Assembly: GCF_009914755.1 (NCBI RefSeq)
Contig: NC_060942.1
Direction: 5' to 3' (one strand)
Origin: the human T2T-CHM13v2.0 reference genome, Homo sapiens
DNA: 64,000 nt
The translations under genes were made by a program, and so were the position numbers. This document shows, one piece after another, positions 27,141 to 42,444 of the stretch. How positions within the stretch are numbered: position 1 is the first letter of the stretch; the number at the start of each line of letters is the position of its first letter. The notes below the pieces were generated by a model. It was not told the DNA's origin and ran no database searches. It worked only from the letters and a program-made list of their open reading frames with translations.

Positions 27141-28576
27141 ATAACATATTCCATAAAGACTTTTTAAAAATAAAGATAGATAAGCCCAATATTAATTAGA
27201 AATAGATACAAGTAGATATGTATGTTATCTTTGGTTAAAGAATGTTAATGTGTATAATGGTAAAGACAGAATAACCTAAGGGCAACAGTGTTAACTCTGT
27301 GCAATCCAGTACTGCCGTATGTCAAAACACAGCATACATTATGAAGGAAAAGTTTAAAAATGTGGGCAAGATGAGGTGTTACATTTTCTGGGCTTTTCCT
27401 AGAAGCACATGATACATATTTATATATTTACATACATATATATACAAAATAAAAGAAATTCATGAAAGGAACGTAGAAAAAGTAAAACTCAGAATTATGC
27501 AATAGCATCGAAAGAAGAGTACCTGGTCATTTTCTTTAAGCATTGTTTCTCTCTAATCATTAAGAAACATACCAAAATTAACTGGAGGTAGCTGTATTCT
27601 CTAAATCCTGATTTGCTATCAGTAATTTACACTAGAAAAACAAATGATGCCCAAATATAAAAGACATTTTAATCTTTTATTTTATTAGGTTTTCATTTCA
27701 CTGTTTTGATTTCTCTTATTATCCTAATCTCTCTTAAAAAAATCTTAGTTTATTCTTATTTATGTTTATCAATTAGTTTACTTTAGGATTATTCTTTCTG
27801 TTTTCTTTCTCTAAACCAATACATACTAGATGGCAGGGCCCATGAATTCAAAAGAAGCTCACCTCACCCCATCAATTTATTACATTGCTATATCATAGCA
27901 ACTGAAAGATGTATGCAATAAAATAAGGAAATTCGAGTATTTGGGAATCGCTAACCAAAAGACTTCAAAAAATAATTTCCACAAATGGAAATTAAAAGGA
28001 TAAGTATAATCAATTTATTATCCAATTTGCTTATGTAATCCACAGGAAGATGTTCCTGAAAAACTGCATCTTGGCCAATGGAAAATGCCATAGCACAGCT
28101 ACGGTATCTTGGCATTTTCCAGTGGGTTACTATTTTCTGCTTAGACTTTGATATATATTTTTGCCTCTAATGTCACAGGTTGGGGGGTGGGGAGAGAATA
28201 AATAAATAAAACAAAATTCAAGACCGGAAAAATTCACTTGACAAAGAATAGTAAGATTAAACAGATGTCTGCAGAGCCAAAGGGAAACTCAGTCCTTTCC
28301 AGGTTAACAAGAGGCAGTGTGTGGTAGAACCCATTGGCCATCCAGTAAACCCTCAGTACACTTAAAGTAAACAAATATTATTGTTTAAATAAGCATCAAC
28401 CTTTAAGGAGTTGAAATCGAAAACTCACAAAAAGTCCAGATCAGAACGGCACAAAATTAGAATACACACTTAACAAACTGTGACTACTGGGAAAGACAAG
28501 GAAATAAGGATCTATATGGAATCTGAAAATAACAATTCTGTGTTTTCATCAGATTCTTCAGGAGGAAACCCTGCAC

Positions 28577-28865
28577 TTTTTAAACATTTTCAATTTTAAT
28601 TTTTGTGGGCACATAGTAGGTGCAGATATTTATGAAGTACATGAAATGTTCTGATACAGGCATGGAATGTGTAATAATCCTATCATGGGGAATGGGGTAC
28701 TCATTCCCTCAAGCCTTTACCCTTTGTGTTTCAAACAATTCAATTACACTCTCTTAGTTATTTTAACAGGTACAATCAAATTATTATGGACTATAGTCAC
28801 CCTATTGTGCTATCAAATACTAGGTCTTATTCATTCTTTCCAACTTTTTTTGTTCCCATTACCCA
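28577..28865 (-). mobile_element. L1MA2/L1MA3-like 3' end
   Basis: 'ttttaatttttgtgggcacatagtaggtg...gatacaggcat...actatagtcaccctattgtgctatcaaatactaggtcttattcattct'. Confidence 0.85.
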
Positions 28866-30429
28866 TGCCCAGATCATCTTGCTTTCTTTTTAAAACATCC
28901 TCAAAGAACAGCTCAAGGTGGTATTCAACATCAGTTCGCTAACATTTGGGTCCTACTAACAGTAATGATGACTGTGAATTCCATGGTATGAATAATCATG
29001 TGAGCAGAACGGCTCCATGCATTCTTTTCTAACAGTACTATATGTGTGTGTTTATATCTTATGTGCGTCATATTCATATGCAGAAAAAAGTAAATTGTAT
29101 TTTAATTCTGATTTTCCATCATTTTCAAAATCAACATTTTTAAGAAATAATAGGAGGACAAATGCAGTACATTTCTGTGCTTCTGATTAAAATAAAATGT
29201 ATAAGGACAAGAAAGAATATCTTCTATAACCCTGATTTTAAAATGTAAAAGTATTAAAGATACTTGCATTTATTTGCAATGCAAATACTATCCATGCTGT
29301 TAATGCCTTACTCCACAAGTTATTTCTGCAAAATGACTAAATTTTAAAATTGTTTTTAAAGTTTAATAATAAACATTGAGTTATATAAAAACAGTTCCTA
29401 TGGTATAGAATCTTTTAAATGCTCATATATTCATGGTTTAAATTTCAACTTGTAAGAGAATGAATGGAAGATGTCAAGATGACTAGCTATCCTAACTAGT
29501 CAGGACATGATTCTGAGTCAAGCTAAGCCTTCTTATAAATTCCAAACACATAATGTTTAACCATATAAAATATGGCTAACACGTTTTTTCTTTATTGCAT
29601 TTATTTCAGAAGGTAGCCATGAATTTTTCTAAATGTTTAGAGTTCTCTGAAGGAAACACACACTTTAAAAAGGTTTATTTTTCAAGCCATTGTTATTTCA
29701 AGTGAGTTAAATGCCAATTTTGGTTGAGAAAATATAGCTATAAATACAAAAAGGCATATAAAGCCATACTCAAAAGCCAGACAAACTATATTAAGTCCAA
29801 AATATTATCAATTTTATTCTTTTGAATATGTTTCCGAATATGATTTGTTCAAAGATTATTTTCTTGTTGAAACCCAATTTCTATTTAGACAGAGAAAAAG
29901 TTCTTATGGAGAATACAATACAGCAAAATTGCTTTAAATTATACCTACTTGTACAATGGTATTTTGCTAGGAAAAATCAATGGCAGCAACCAATTCTTTA
30001 CAATAGTTTCATTGACTATTACCTCCTGGTCTGAAATTTTCTTTTTCTAAAGTTAAAGGAAAAGAACACTTGTATTTTGTTTATATTGTTTGACCAACTA
30101 CCAGCTTCAATTAAAATTCTTAGCTGGAAACACTCACTCTAAGGTCAAGGAAATCAAAATAAGATATTACTTATCCTACTCTAAAGTAATAGCTGGAGCT
30201 ACTGGAATTACTTTGGTACCTTAATAGCTGACACATTTATATTCTGTTATTATTGTCATTCATGCATATGCAAAATTTGGAAAAAAATAAATAAAACATA
30301 TTTTGTTTATTTATTTAGTGATTTAAATGAATTGTGTTGAGAAATATATTTGCTCAGAGTTTTCTTTTTAATTCTCAGGCAGACTCAATACATCATCTCA
30401 GTTTTTAACCTCTAAAGTGATAATTTTCA

Positions 30430-31800
30430 TTATTAATTCAAAAATATATATTGGATTCTGGTGCTGTTCTGGGCAATGGTGAAACCATGTTGAATTACAG
30501 AATAGTTAAACAAATAGATTTGGCGTCTTTAGTTATAAAACTTATAATTCATATAATTATGAAATTTATAATTTCATCATTGTAAAGCAGCCAATTAAAC
30601 AATTTTACAAATAAATATAAGATGGAAACTCTGAGAATATTATCACAGAAAGTTATGCTGTGCTATAAGGCCATACAATGAGACTATTTGGACTGAAGAT
30701 TAGAAAGACTGGGAGGAAATTTCTCTGAGAAAGTGATGATGAGGGTGCTGACTGTTGGACAAAAAGCAGGAGGTAACGAAGCAAGTAGTATGTTATCTGC
30801 TTCAGGAATACAGAGTATAGGGCACACAGTTGCTAAAGAAGGGCCAGTGAGCATAAAGAGGGTAGGTTTGGCTATGGTGTGAGAAAACACTGAAGAGTCC
30901 CTAGAACCAGTAAGCCAACACCAGCCACAATAATATTTTGATCCTTAGTCCAGAGCAATAGTAATTACAAGACAGTTTTTGACATAATCAGGCCTGCATT
31001 TTGAAAAAGGCATCACTATGGCCATGCAGAAAACAATAGGTATCAGTCATCTGCCCCATAGTGCTACGGCTTCCTCGATGGGCATTCATTCAGGCCAACA
31101 GGTGACACATCCAGTCTCTGCTACTTCCCAACTTGGACTAAAAGTTGTCCAGGAAGTCTGATTTCCCACACTGCTTCAAAAAGTGACCCATGATGCATTT
31201 TGGAATTACAGGGGATTTAAATCCACATGGAGAAAAATTTGGTCAAGGGAAAGTAGGAACAGAAGGCAGCTGAAGTCACCAATTCCCTGTTTTCTCTCTT
31301 TCATGTGCTACTCACAGATACTATTTCAAGCCTGTGCAGCAACCACTAGCAGGTAAATCTCTGTCAAGTGACCTGTGCTTCTGTGGGCTTGTTTAGGAGC
31401 CAAGCTTATCACAGCAATATCAGGCTCACATGGCTTCCCAGCGCTCCCTAACTCACCTCCTTCCCTCTCAACTTCATATTTGTTTTGCATCCCCAAAATG
31501 AAGTATGATTTCATCCTTGAGACAAACTCTGCCTTCCAGAAAAGATGAAAGTTATAAATGTTTTTATAAACTGAAATCAACAACACTCAAGATAAATTGC
31601 ATATGGAAATCAACAGAGAGAAAGCTTAAGTGACGGGGAGGACAAAGATGACATAACAGACAGAGATAATGCTGGGCAGGACTGGCTTGTGGAACGTAGT
31701 ATGAATAATGTCTTGGACATGCTGAATTGAGTGGGATGGAAACATGTATTTGGAGTCTGGCAGATAGGCTGTGGCAGGAGACACAGAAGTGTGCACCTGC
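30430..31800 (-). mobile_element. L2 fragments, interrupted (~31040-31595) by a probable old ERVL-type LTR
   Basis: L2 antisense motifs 'gaggaaatttctctgagaaagtgatg', 'gacataatcaggcctgcattttgaaaa' and 'ttggacatgctgaattgag'. The middle segment does not look like L2, and its family (LTR40-like?) is uncertain. Confidence 0.55.
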
Positions 31801-32191
31801 ATATATTCACTGAATGCAGCCCTCGTGCCTGGTGTCCCTGCTTAGGATGACGCAGGAAAATATCCCAAAGCAGTCAGCAAGGTGTTCCAACTTGCACTGA
31901 TTGAATAAAGCCTGATGCTGCTGCACATTGTTCAGCACCAAAAGAAAAAGATAACTAGATCCATTAAGTAATTAAAGTGAAATCAAATAAATAAAGATAA
32001 AGAAGTGGTGTCAAAGTAAAGAACTAACAATTGTGAAATTTAGATGAAGGATATAGGGGTGTCTGTGCTTTCATTCTTCCAGCATTTCTCCAAGTTTATT
32101 TTATTTAATAAAAATGGAAAGAGAATGTAGTTAACCTCAGAGCTTACTATTCTACTATTAATTAAGAAGTGCACTAAAAATGACATGTTTT

Positions 32192-32435
32192 TTATATATA
32201 TACACACACATAGACATATATATAAACACGTAGACATATATGTGTGTACATATATATGTATGTATATATGTATGTATGTATATAAATACGTACATACAAA
32301 ACTGCTTTCACTAGGCTGATTTTAGACATATATATGTGTGTGTACATATATATGTATGTATATATGTATGTACGTATATACATATATATGTACACACACA
32401 TATGTCTAAAATCAGCCTAGTGAAAGCAGTTTTGT
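32192..32435. repeat. Complex (TA/CA/TATG) microsatellite containing a 140-bp near-perfect palindrome (32296-32435)
   Basis: ACAAAACTGCTTTCACTAGGCTGATTTTAGACATAT (32296-32331) is the exact reverse complement of 32400-32435. Confidence 0.92.
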
Positions 32436-33671
32436 TAAAGAGATGGTGATCACTTTGAGTGTGTGGAAGAATATGTGAAAAATGAGGAAAAACAGACATT
32501 ATAGAAAAGTCTTTAGAAAAAGTTGGTTATAGTATTTACAAAAATGCCTTTAAAAAACTAACAAATATTATAGTAATAATTCAATGTTAACAAAAATATT
32601 GCTAGACATCATGGAAAAGATAAATTGAAGTTGTAACCTAATATATAAAATTTTTAAATCCATGAAATATTTTTGTATAGTTGTCAATAATAGCCACCCT
32701 GTCCAAAAAAGATAGAAAAGGTACATCATTCATATTGTATAATCCCACTATACAATGCATATCAGACAAATCTTTTAGCAAAGTTACAAAAGCCTAATAT
32801 ATTTAAAAATAAAATTAATTATATGTTAGAAGACTTACGGTTAGAGTATCCGAAAGGACAATAGTTTTAGAGAAGAATATGGTTAAGAACCTTCATATTA
32901 ATAGACCTCAGAACTAGCTGTTTAAAAGACAGGTCTATTCTAATAAAGATACCACTTTCAACTGGTGCCTGGTCAATGTCTAATCACATATTTTAATAGC
33001 TACTTAGTGAGTAAAATAATACAAAATGTCTTGTGAGATTTGGGAATCGGTCGTTGTAGTAAATGAAAAACTTGCACTTCATTACATTTCACTGAAATGA
33101 AATGGCATTTAGAAAACCTGTCAAAATTAATATAAAAGGCATTGCCTTGTTCCAGTTATGATTTTGCTTGATAAAAATTTAATCCTTATAATCAAAGTTA
33201 TTTTTACCCAAATCATTCAAACAAGTTATTTTGAGCAATGAAACATCACATACTTGCTAATAGTAACTATGACAGTTTAAAAGATGAGTGTCTAAGTACT
33301 CCTTCCCAATCAGGCAATGAAACCAAAGAGGAAAATTGAGGTGAAACCTTGTCTATCAAAGCCATTATATTTTAAATACAACATAAAACATCTAACGAGG
33401 AATTTATCATCTGAAAACTTGTATTATAAACTTTCTTGTCTCTCCACTCAATGTTTACTGTGTGAATCAAGAGTTTAGAATTCTTTAGATGCAATTAGCA
33501 TATGACTTTACCTACAGTTTTTACCAGGTTAAACCTTGTCTGTCTCCCATAACATCTTGCATAAGCATTAGTGCAAAGGGGAGCCTTTTAGTATCCAAAA
33601 TTATTTAAACTAATAACCTCTCACTCATTGACCAAAGACTCTAATTTACAATAAATATAAATCAATACCTA

Positions 33672-34408
33672 CATAAACCAGAAGTAAAATTCTAACCACC
33701 CCACCAGCCATCTGAATGGACCCCTTCTCTTGCCCAAGAAAATTCCAAAGTTAATTTGAAAAATATAACTGTTGGATACTGGGCTTACTACCTGGGTGAT
33801 GAAATAATATGTACAACAAACTTCGGTGACACATGTTTATCTATGTAACAAACCTTCACATGTACCCCTAAACCTAAAATAAAATTTAAAAAAAGAAAAA
33901 GAAGAAACGAATTCAGGCCATGAGGGAAGCAGATATTGGACATGCTTCATTATAACCGCTTCCCTTTGGGAATTCAGGAAAAGTCGACCAGCATTAACAT
34001 CAACAAAGGTCTCAAGTCTGATAAACATCTACAATTCATTCTCTCTGAAGCCTGTTACTTGGAGGCTTCATCTGCACGATAAAACCTTGGTCTCCACAAC
34101 CCTTTATCATAACCCAGACATTCCATTCTATTGATAATAACTCAATCAATTGTCAATCAGAAAAATTTAACTCTACCTATGACCCAGAAGCCCTCACTTT
34201 TGAGTTGTCCTGCCCTTCCAGATAAAACCAATGCAAATCTTACATGTATTGATTGATGCATTGTGTGTAAAAGCAAAAGCTGTATCCTGACCACCTTGGA
34301 CACATGTCGTCTGGACCTCCTGAGGCTATAGCATAAAGCCATCCTTAACTTTGGCAAATAAATTTTCTAAATTGGTTGAGACCTGTCTCTGAAAATTTTG
34401 GGTTCACA
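33672..34408 (+). mobile_element. MER4 (MER4A-like) ERV1 solo LTR
   Basis: 'taaaccagaagtaaaattctaa...ccatctgaatggacccc' through 'atccttaactttggcaaataaa...ttttgggttcaca'. CCTA TSD at 33668-33671 and 34409-34412. Confidence 0.88.
33764..33907 (+). mobile_element. Short L1PA15/16-L1PB-like 3' end nested in MER4
   Basis: 'tactgggcttactacctgggtgatgaaataatatgtacaacaaac...tatgtaacaaaccttcacatgtacccctaaacctaaaataaaa' plus an A-rich tail. Confidence 0.85.
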
Positions 34409-34544
34409 CCTATACTGTGTTTATTAGCTCATTAGTATATTTGGGCTATAACTTTATTTGTAAAAACCATACATTCTACCCATAGCAATTGTGTCAAATT
34501 TGAAAATGTTCCTCTCATAGTTTCTTATACAAGGAGCATAATTA

Positions 34545-34917
34545 ATGGCCTAGCTACTGTGCTCAAATCCATGACTGCCTTCACATCAAGGTCATGCTTT
34601 GCATGAACTGTTCTCTAACCAGTGATTGAGCAGACCAGGTAAGGAAGGCAAACCCTTTCCTGTAAAACAGAAGATTCCTCGAACATGGAACTTTGGCTCA
34701 AGGACTCTCCATAGCCTTGCCAATATTTTACTAGAACTATCCTACAACCTACAATCCCACTTTCCTGCATAGAAGTCTGACCAGCATCGTGGTCTGACAG
34801 CTAATGTAGCCTACTCTACTTCCCTCCTTGTTTCATTTCCTAGGGCAATACCCCAATATATTTCTTGCAAGTTTAATTCCATCTTGGTGTATGCTTCTCG
34901 AAGGACCTGTACTGATG
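34545..34917 (+). mobile_element. LTR16 (LTR16C-like) ERVL LTR
   Basis: 'aaggtcatgctt...ccagtgattgagca...ccccaatatatttcttgcaagtttaattccatcttggtgtatgcttctcgaaggacctg'. Confidence 0.7.
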
Positions 34918-35074
34918 TTGCACTTGTGATTTAGAATAGCATCGTGAACATTTTTGTAACTTAGAATCTTAGACCTACAAATCTTTTTAGAGATTATTCC
35001 ATTTTACACAGGCAAGGAGAAAAAAAGAAGCCTGGAGAGGGTGAATAAATTTTCCAAGTATGTATAGTTATTGA

Positions 35075-35415
<341 letters not shown>

Positions 35416-36239
35416 CTAATTGACTCTTTATTTTATTTCAAATCTGGTAACAACCTACTACTGGAAGGGAAAGATAAATTGTGTCCTAAAGCTAAGAGTG
35501 ATGTCCATGTCATCTCTGGAAAGAAAACCCACTGTCATTATTATAGCATTAGGGATTGCTTTAAGCATTCCTGTAACCAGGTTACTAAGATGTCATTGCC
35601 CAAAGGACTTCATGAAGAAACTCCATGGAGACTTTTCTTAGGGACTCTATTCCTTCTCACTTAGACCCTAAATAATGGAACCTTATTTTGTCTTAACACC
35701 CTGAATGTATTCGTCACAAGAACTGTTTTACTTCAACACACTCATTTAAATACAATCATTAAATGTAACATTTACTCATAAAGGCAGTTTTCAAATGAAT
35801 ACTTTTATTACTTCCCATAAATAAATATTGTAATAAAACCAACATTAGACTTCTAAAAACAATTACACCACTACAAACCTGCCTATATCGACATTCATTC
35901 ACTATTTCCTCCTTGACTCCAACAAAAAAATAAGAAGCTGACTTCACCTTAACTGTTTTTCCCTCTGGTGTTCAATATTCATTTTAAAGTCTAATCCTCC
36001 TTTCAAAGACAAAACTCAACAGAACAAAGACAGAAATAACTCAGTTTTCTGGAAACTAGCTACTTTTCTCTATGATATACGCTGTCTTATTTTCAACAGT
36101 CTTCAGAGGAACACATTTTTATGTGTTTTACAAAGCCCTTCACTCAGTTTTATTCATGAGAATTGCAAAAAAAATCCATTTAATTAAAATATCCATGCTT
36201 TCTGGATAAGAACCATATATTGTGTAAAATAAAATTAGA

Positions 36240-36277
36240 ATATATATATGTATACATATATGTGTATATATATATAC

Positions 36278-36308
<31 letters not shown>

Positions 36309-36309
36309 T
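36240..36309. repeat. (TA)n-rich microsatellite
   Basis: Visible TA run with TG and CA interruptions. Confidence 0.9.
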
Positions 36310-36749
36310 GATACGTGTCAAAGAATATCACTAATGTCCCATAATAAGAATAGGTAAGTTTGCTTATAATAAGAGGACTAAATTTTATCCTGCAAAAACT
36401 AACTTCTTTTTTTGAAGTTTAACTTAATTGCCAATCATTTCTTAGATATAAAATGGAAAAATAAGGAACCACTGAAAGGAGCCATAATATTACATGAAAC
36501 ATAGTATACATCCTGCCAAACTATAATACTTTAAATAAATACATAATTATAAAAAGAAATTATAGTTCTTAGGGCTAATATGCAGGTTAGTAAGTTTGAA
36601 CCTAGAAATGGCTGTAAATAATACTAAATGCATAACTTTGCACTAAATTGAAAACACATATCCATCTAATATTTTCCTAATAATTTTGCCTAACTTTTCC
36701 CTAATAAGCTCCTTCCTAATTTTTTATTTAATAGAAAACAAAGGAACAT

Positions 36750-36960
36750 ATGGGTTACTGAGCATTTACTGGGTATCACACACTGAAGTGTGGCTATAGG
36801 TTATTTAGCTTAATTCACACAAATGTCCTATGAGATAGATAATATCGTATTCATTAACAGATAAAGAAAACAGTTCTCAAAGAATTTAAATACCTTGGTC
36901 AAGTTCATGCAGTTCCTTTCTTGTGGAGTTTAGATTTAAACGCATACATTTCTGACTATA
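36750..36960 (-). mobile_element. MIR
   Basis: 'ttactgagcatttact...cctatgagatag...acagataaagaaaacagttctcaaagaatttaaataccttggtcaagttcatgcag'. Confidence 0.75.
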
Positions 36961-37456
36961 TACATATTTGTCCCAATTTAACACTGATTCTAAAATTGCA
37001 TTCTAATGATGTACTATTGTTCTTCTAAGAGTTCTGAGAATTTTTTTTAATTTTATGCTTTATATAATATAAAACTCTTTAAGCATATTCTGAATCATGG
37101 AAATGACCACCAAATACCTTAGTCCTGATACATTAATCTAGTCCTTGTGTTTGCACCTGTGTTCATGATCACAGTGAGCCAGCTGATTCTAGATCACGTA
37201 TCTTAGCTAAACTGAAAATAACGTAACAGCATTTAGTGGTCAAGTGATCATTTCACATCAGGAAAACATTAAGTGAGTAATGTTAAATTTGCAGGAGAAG
37301 AAAGACACCTGTTCATCATAAGAAACAACTACAAGAATGATGACAGCAATTTTCACGTTTGATAGAGGAATTTATTATTATTATGAAATTCATCCATGCT
37401 GTGTATTAATAGTTAATTCTTTTTTTATTGCTGATTTGTATTTCATTGTATGAATA

Positions 37457-38478
<1,022 letters not shown>

Positions 38479-39171
38479 AATATACTACTTTGTTTATTCA
38501 TTCATTTAATGGTGGGCATTTGGATTGGTAAAGTTTAGAATTATTACAAACAAAGCTACTATGAACATTAATATATGAGTCTTGGTGTGGAAATGATGCT
38601 TTGTTCAGATCTTACTGATTGCCTTTACAGTAAGCTTGGGGAAACGCCTTTTTTCCCCCATATGATGTTCTGTGCTTTCAGTCTCATTTTCCTAGATAAA
38701 GTCATTCTTCAATGGTGTCATTTTCTCCTCTTGGAGACATTTCAAAATGTTGAACACTAGTGTACAAAGCTCTAGAGACAAGCCTATTGCCCATTTTCTT
38801 TTCATTCCCAGATCTAGGAAACTCTCTATTCTGATGGAAAACAGGCAAACAAACCTTCCAAGCTACTCTGTTTCTATGCGACGCCTGTCTTTCTCAAAGA
38901 GAGGCTTTGGGAAACAAAACAAAACAAAAGCGTCACCTGTGGGTGAGGACTACAGACGAGGCTACCAGTTTGAAGAGAACAGAAGACAAATAAAAAGAAA
39001 GAAAAAAAAACTGTAGAAATTTATGTCAAATATTAATTTGGCAATATTGGAGTAGAAGTTTTAAGAACAAGCAGTTTGTACCTAGTTTTATATGTGAGCT
39101 TTGGTTTGTTTTTTCAGTTAGAAGCAATTCATCAATTACTTTTAAATTTATTAAAATTTAAATTTATTTAA

Positions 39172-39587
<416 letters not shown>

Positions 39588-40794
39588 TAGTATAAATATA
39601 TGCCTTGTCTAAGGGTACTTGCAGAGAGATTATAACATATGTATTTCATTGCTTTAATTGATATAGCTCAGGATAGTGTGAGTCAGTGCTTTTAGCTGAT
39701 TAACAACAAGGAAATGCTACGCCGTCTGAAGATAGTCTTGTGAGTTCCAGGCTATTATGATATGGCCGTTCTTGTATCTTTAGTATTACCTCCTGGACTT
39801 GCTCCGGAATAAGTGGTCATTCCTGAAAGCGGAAGAATAAATTCATTTTTTCACTTTTCAAGGTTTTAAAATATACTTTTGTATGTCTGTTATTTGACTT
39901 GGAAATTGTCTCTCTTACTTAAATTTGCTAATAAACAGGGCAGAAAGGATAATTTTGACCTTTTAAATAAATCATATGGTAATTTGGAGCTGGGGATTAT
40001 CCCTTATAGAAGCAAAATGTCTTATCTGGGATACCATCTTCCTTCCTTCTCATCCGGATTCCAATTTGCAGAGAGTTTTAAGCTTTCGGCTTTCCTCCGA
40101 TCCTCTGTGTTCTTTTATCCCTATTTCTCATGGTGATGCCAAGCTGCATAGCAGGTGGTTTATGTAGGCTCAAGACTTTTCAAAAGAGCAGTTATCACAT
40201 TTTTCAACAGCTCAGGTAGTATGAATTTGCTTTTCTCACAGTACCTTTTTTTTTTTAAATGTACATTTTTGCCAACTGTAAATGGAACTCAAACCCCTGG
40301 GAGTTTGATCTCATTTCTAGGTTTGGAATCTACATTACTCAAGCGTGTTTGAAATATGCAAAAATCATTTTCTCTATAGTTCTGGGATGTCCAAGAGGCT
40401 CCAAAACAAGATGATTGCCAGGAACAGAGAAGTATCTTAATATTTTATTCCTTAATATTTTATTCCTTCCCATTGTATTAGTCATATCTGTCCCACAGCC
40501 TTAGATAATTTTCAGTACCTCAGAATACATGTCATTTTTTTAAATGATTTTCTTTGTTAAATCTATTTTAAAACTCTACTAAAAGAAAACCTAAGGTTAT
40601 TCCTCTAAATTTTTACACAAAAAAACCTCGCAATGTGTTAACAATAGCATTCTCTATTTCATCCAGTGTTTATTAATTTTTAAAATTATGATTACTTTCA
40701 AAAATAAATTTACACATTCAAATATCTTTCATTAAATCTTCACAAACAAATAAGTCTTAAGATAAATACTATTTGTGTTGTCCACAGGACTGGA

Positions 40795-41320
40795 GAGGTA
40801 CTATCTGCAAAAATACTTCTCTACATAAAAGCAAAGTCACTGGCAAATATTGCCAAGATCAATGCTTTCAGAATTTTTAAAACTAACCAAAGTATTGCAA
40901 AATATTAACGAAAAGCTCACAAAAATCTGGGGATCATTTATTAAAGAAAAGACGACTGAGTCTTACTGAGAGAGAGAGCTTTGCTGGCAGTTTGGTTTGC
41001 CCTGTTTCCATCACAGACTCCCCAACTTAGTGGTAGCATTGAAAACCATCAGCCTCCACAATCACAGTGAAATCATCAGCCTTGCAGCCACCTGAAGGGG
41101 ACAGAACAGGGTTGGAGTCCTTCAAAGCCCCATTCCCAGTTAATTGTCATAATATGACCTGAGGGCAGCTTCCTAGAAAATCCTACTCACAGGCTTCTCT
41201 TTATTTGACTTGACTCAGAGCTTAGCCATTGTTTGTGAAGAGCCTTTACCCAGGGGCTTTGGAGAAAATAATCAGTAGCAATTGTTTGGCATCAAGGCTG
41301 TCTGAGGCTGTGTGTGTCAC
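40795..41320 (+). mobile_element. Old L1M (L1M4-like) 5'UTR fragment
   Basis: 'gatcaatgctttcagaatt...aactaaccaaag...tttattaaagaaaa...tgaaaaccatcagcct...ggggacagaacagggttggag...tttatttgacttgactcagagct'. Confidence 0.55.
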
Positions 41321-41843
41321 CTCTTATTCCATGACCCAGGCGCTAGTTATTTTAAAAATATACGTTTTATTTGTTTTACTTTTATATTCTCCTTTTTAGT
41401 TGATCAATATATGTTTTCAAATTATGGATATTATAAAAAAACTTTATAAATAACATTGATTTTATTTGTAATAAAAATGAGGAAATGTGCATGCTTAATG
41501 TTTTAATCTTCAAATTATTTTAAAGACTGCTTTTTTATTAAATGTTATAGATGTACTTAATTATTGTTCCATACTTATAATCTTAGTCTTTACATTAACC
41601 AGTATTTATGCTATTTTCATTTTACATGTTACCTTTTTCAATAATTACTTTGTTTCTTTTATTTCCTATTAAGTCGTGTCCATCACCAATTAATCTATGC
41701 CACAATTTTTTTGCTGTTGAAATCTTTAATGTCATGTACAATTTGGTTACCTGGAGGACTTCCTTGAATTATGAGGTTTTCCATTAATAAGAAAATTTTT
41801 TAAACTTTCATATTCTAAAAACAAATACTTTTAACGTAAAGTG

Positions 41844-42159
<316 letters not shown>

Positions 42160-42444
42160 TGAAAAGTTAGTATGCACACAGAAAATCCCTAAACATAGGT
42201 GTGCCACCAAATTAAATAAACTCATCCATTTAACATCCTTACCTCCTTCCAAAGTAATCACACTACTGAAATCTGAAAGAGAAGATGAACTTTTGTTTAT
42301 TACTGAGCTTCACTGAAGTGGAGAGAATGTACTCTTTCATATCTGACTGATTTTATTCCATGATGAGTTTACAGGGTTCACCCATGTGTTGCTTTACCAT
42401 TGTTTCATTCTTACAGCTATGTAGTTTAAGTAAAAGTTTTTCCA

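Noticed and set aside
32296-32435. Palindrome as a MITE (MADE1/Tigger-type)
   Set aside because: No TA or 8-bp TSD, the arms match no TIR I recognise, and the interior is local microsatellite.
40436-40468. Small tandem duplications (15 bp here, ~22 bp at 48832-48883 and ~60399-60437)
   Set aside because: Ordinary slippage duplications with no further structure.
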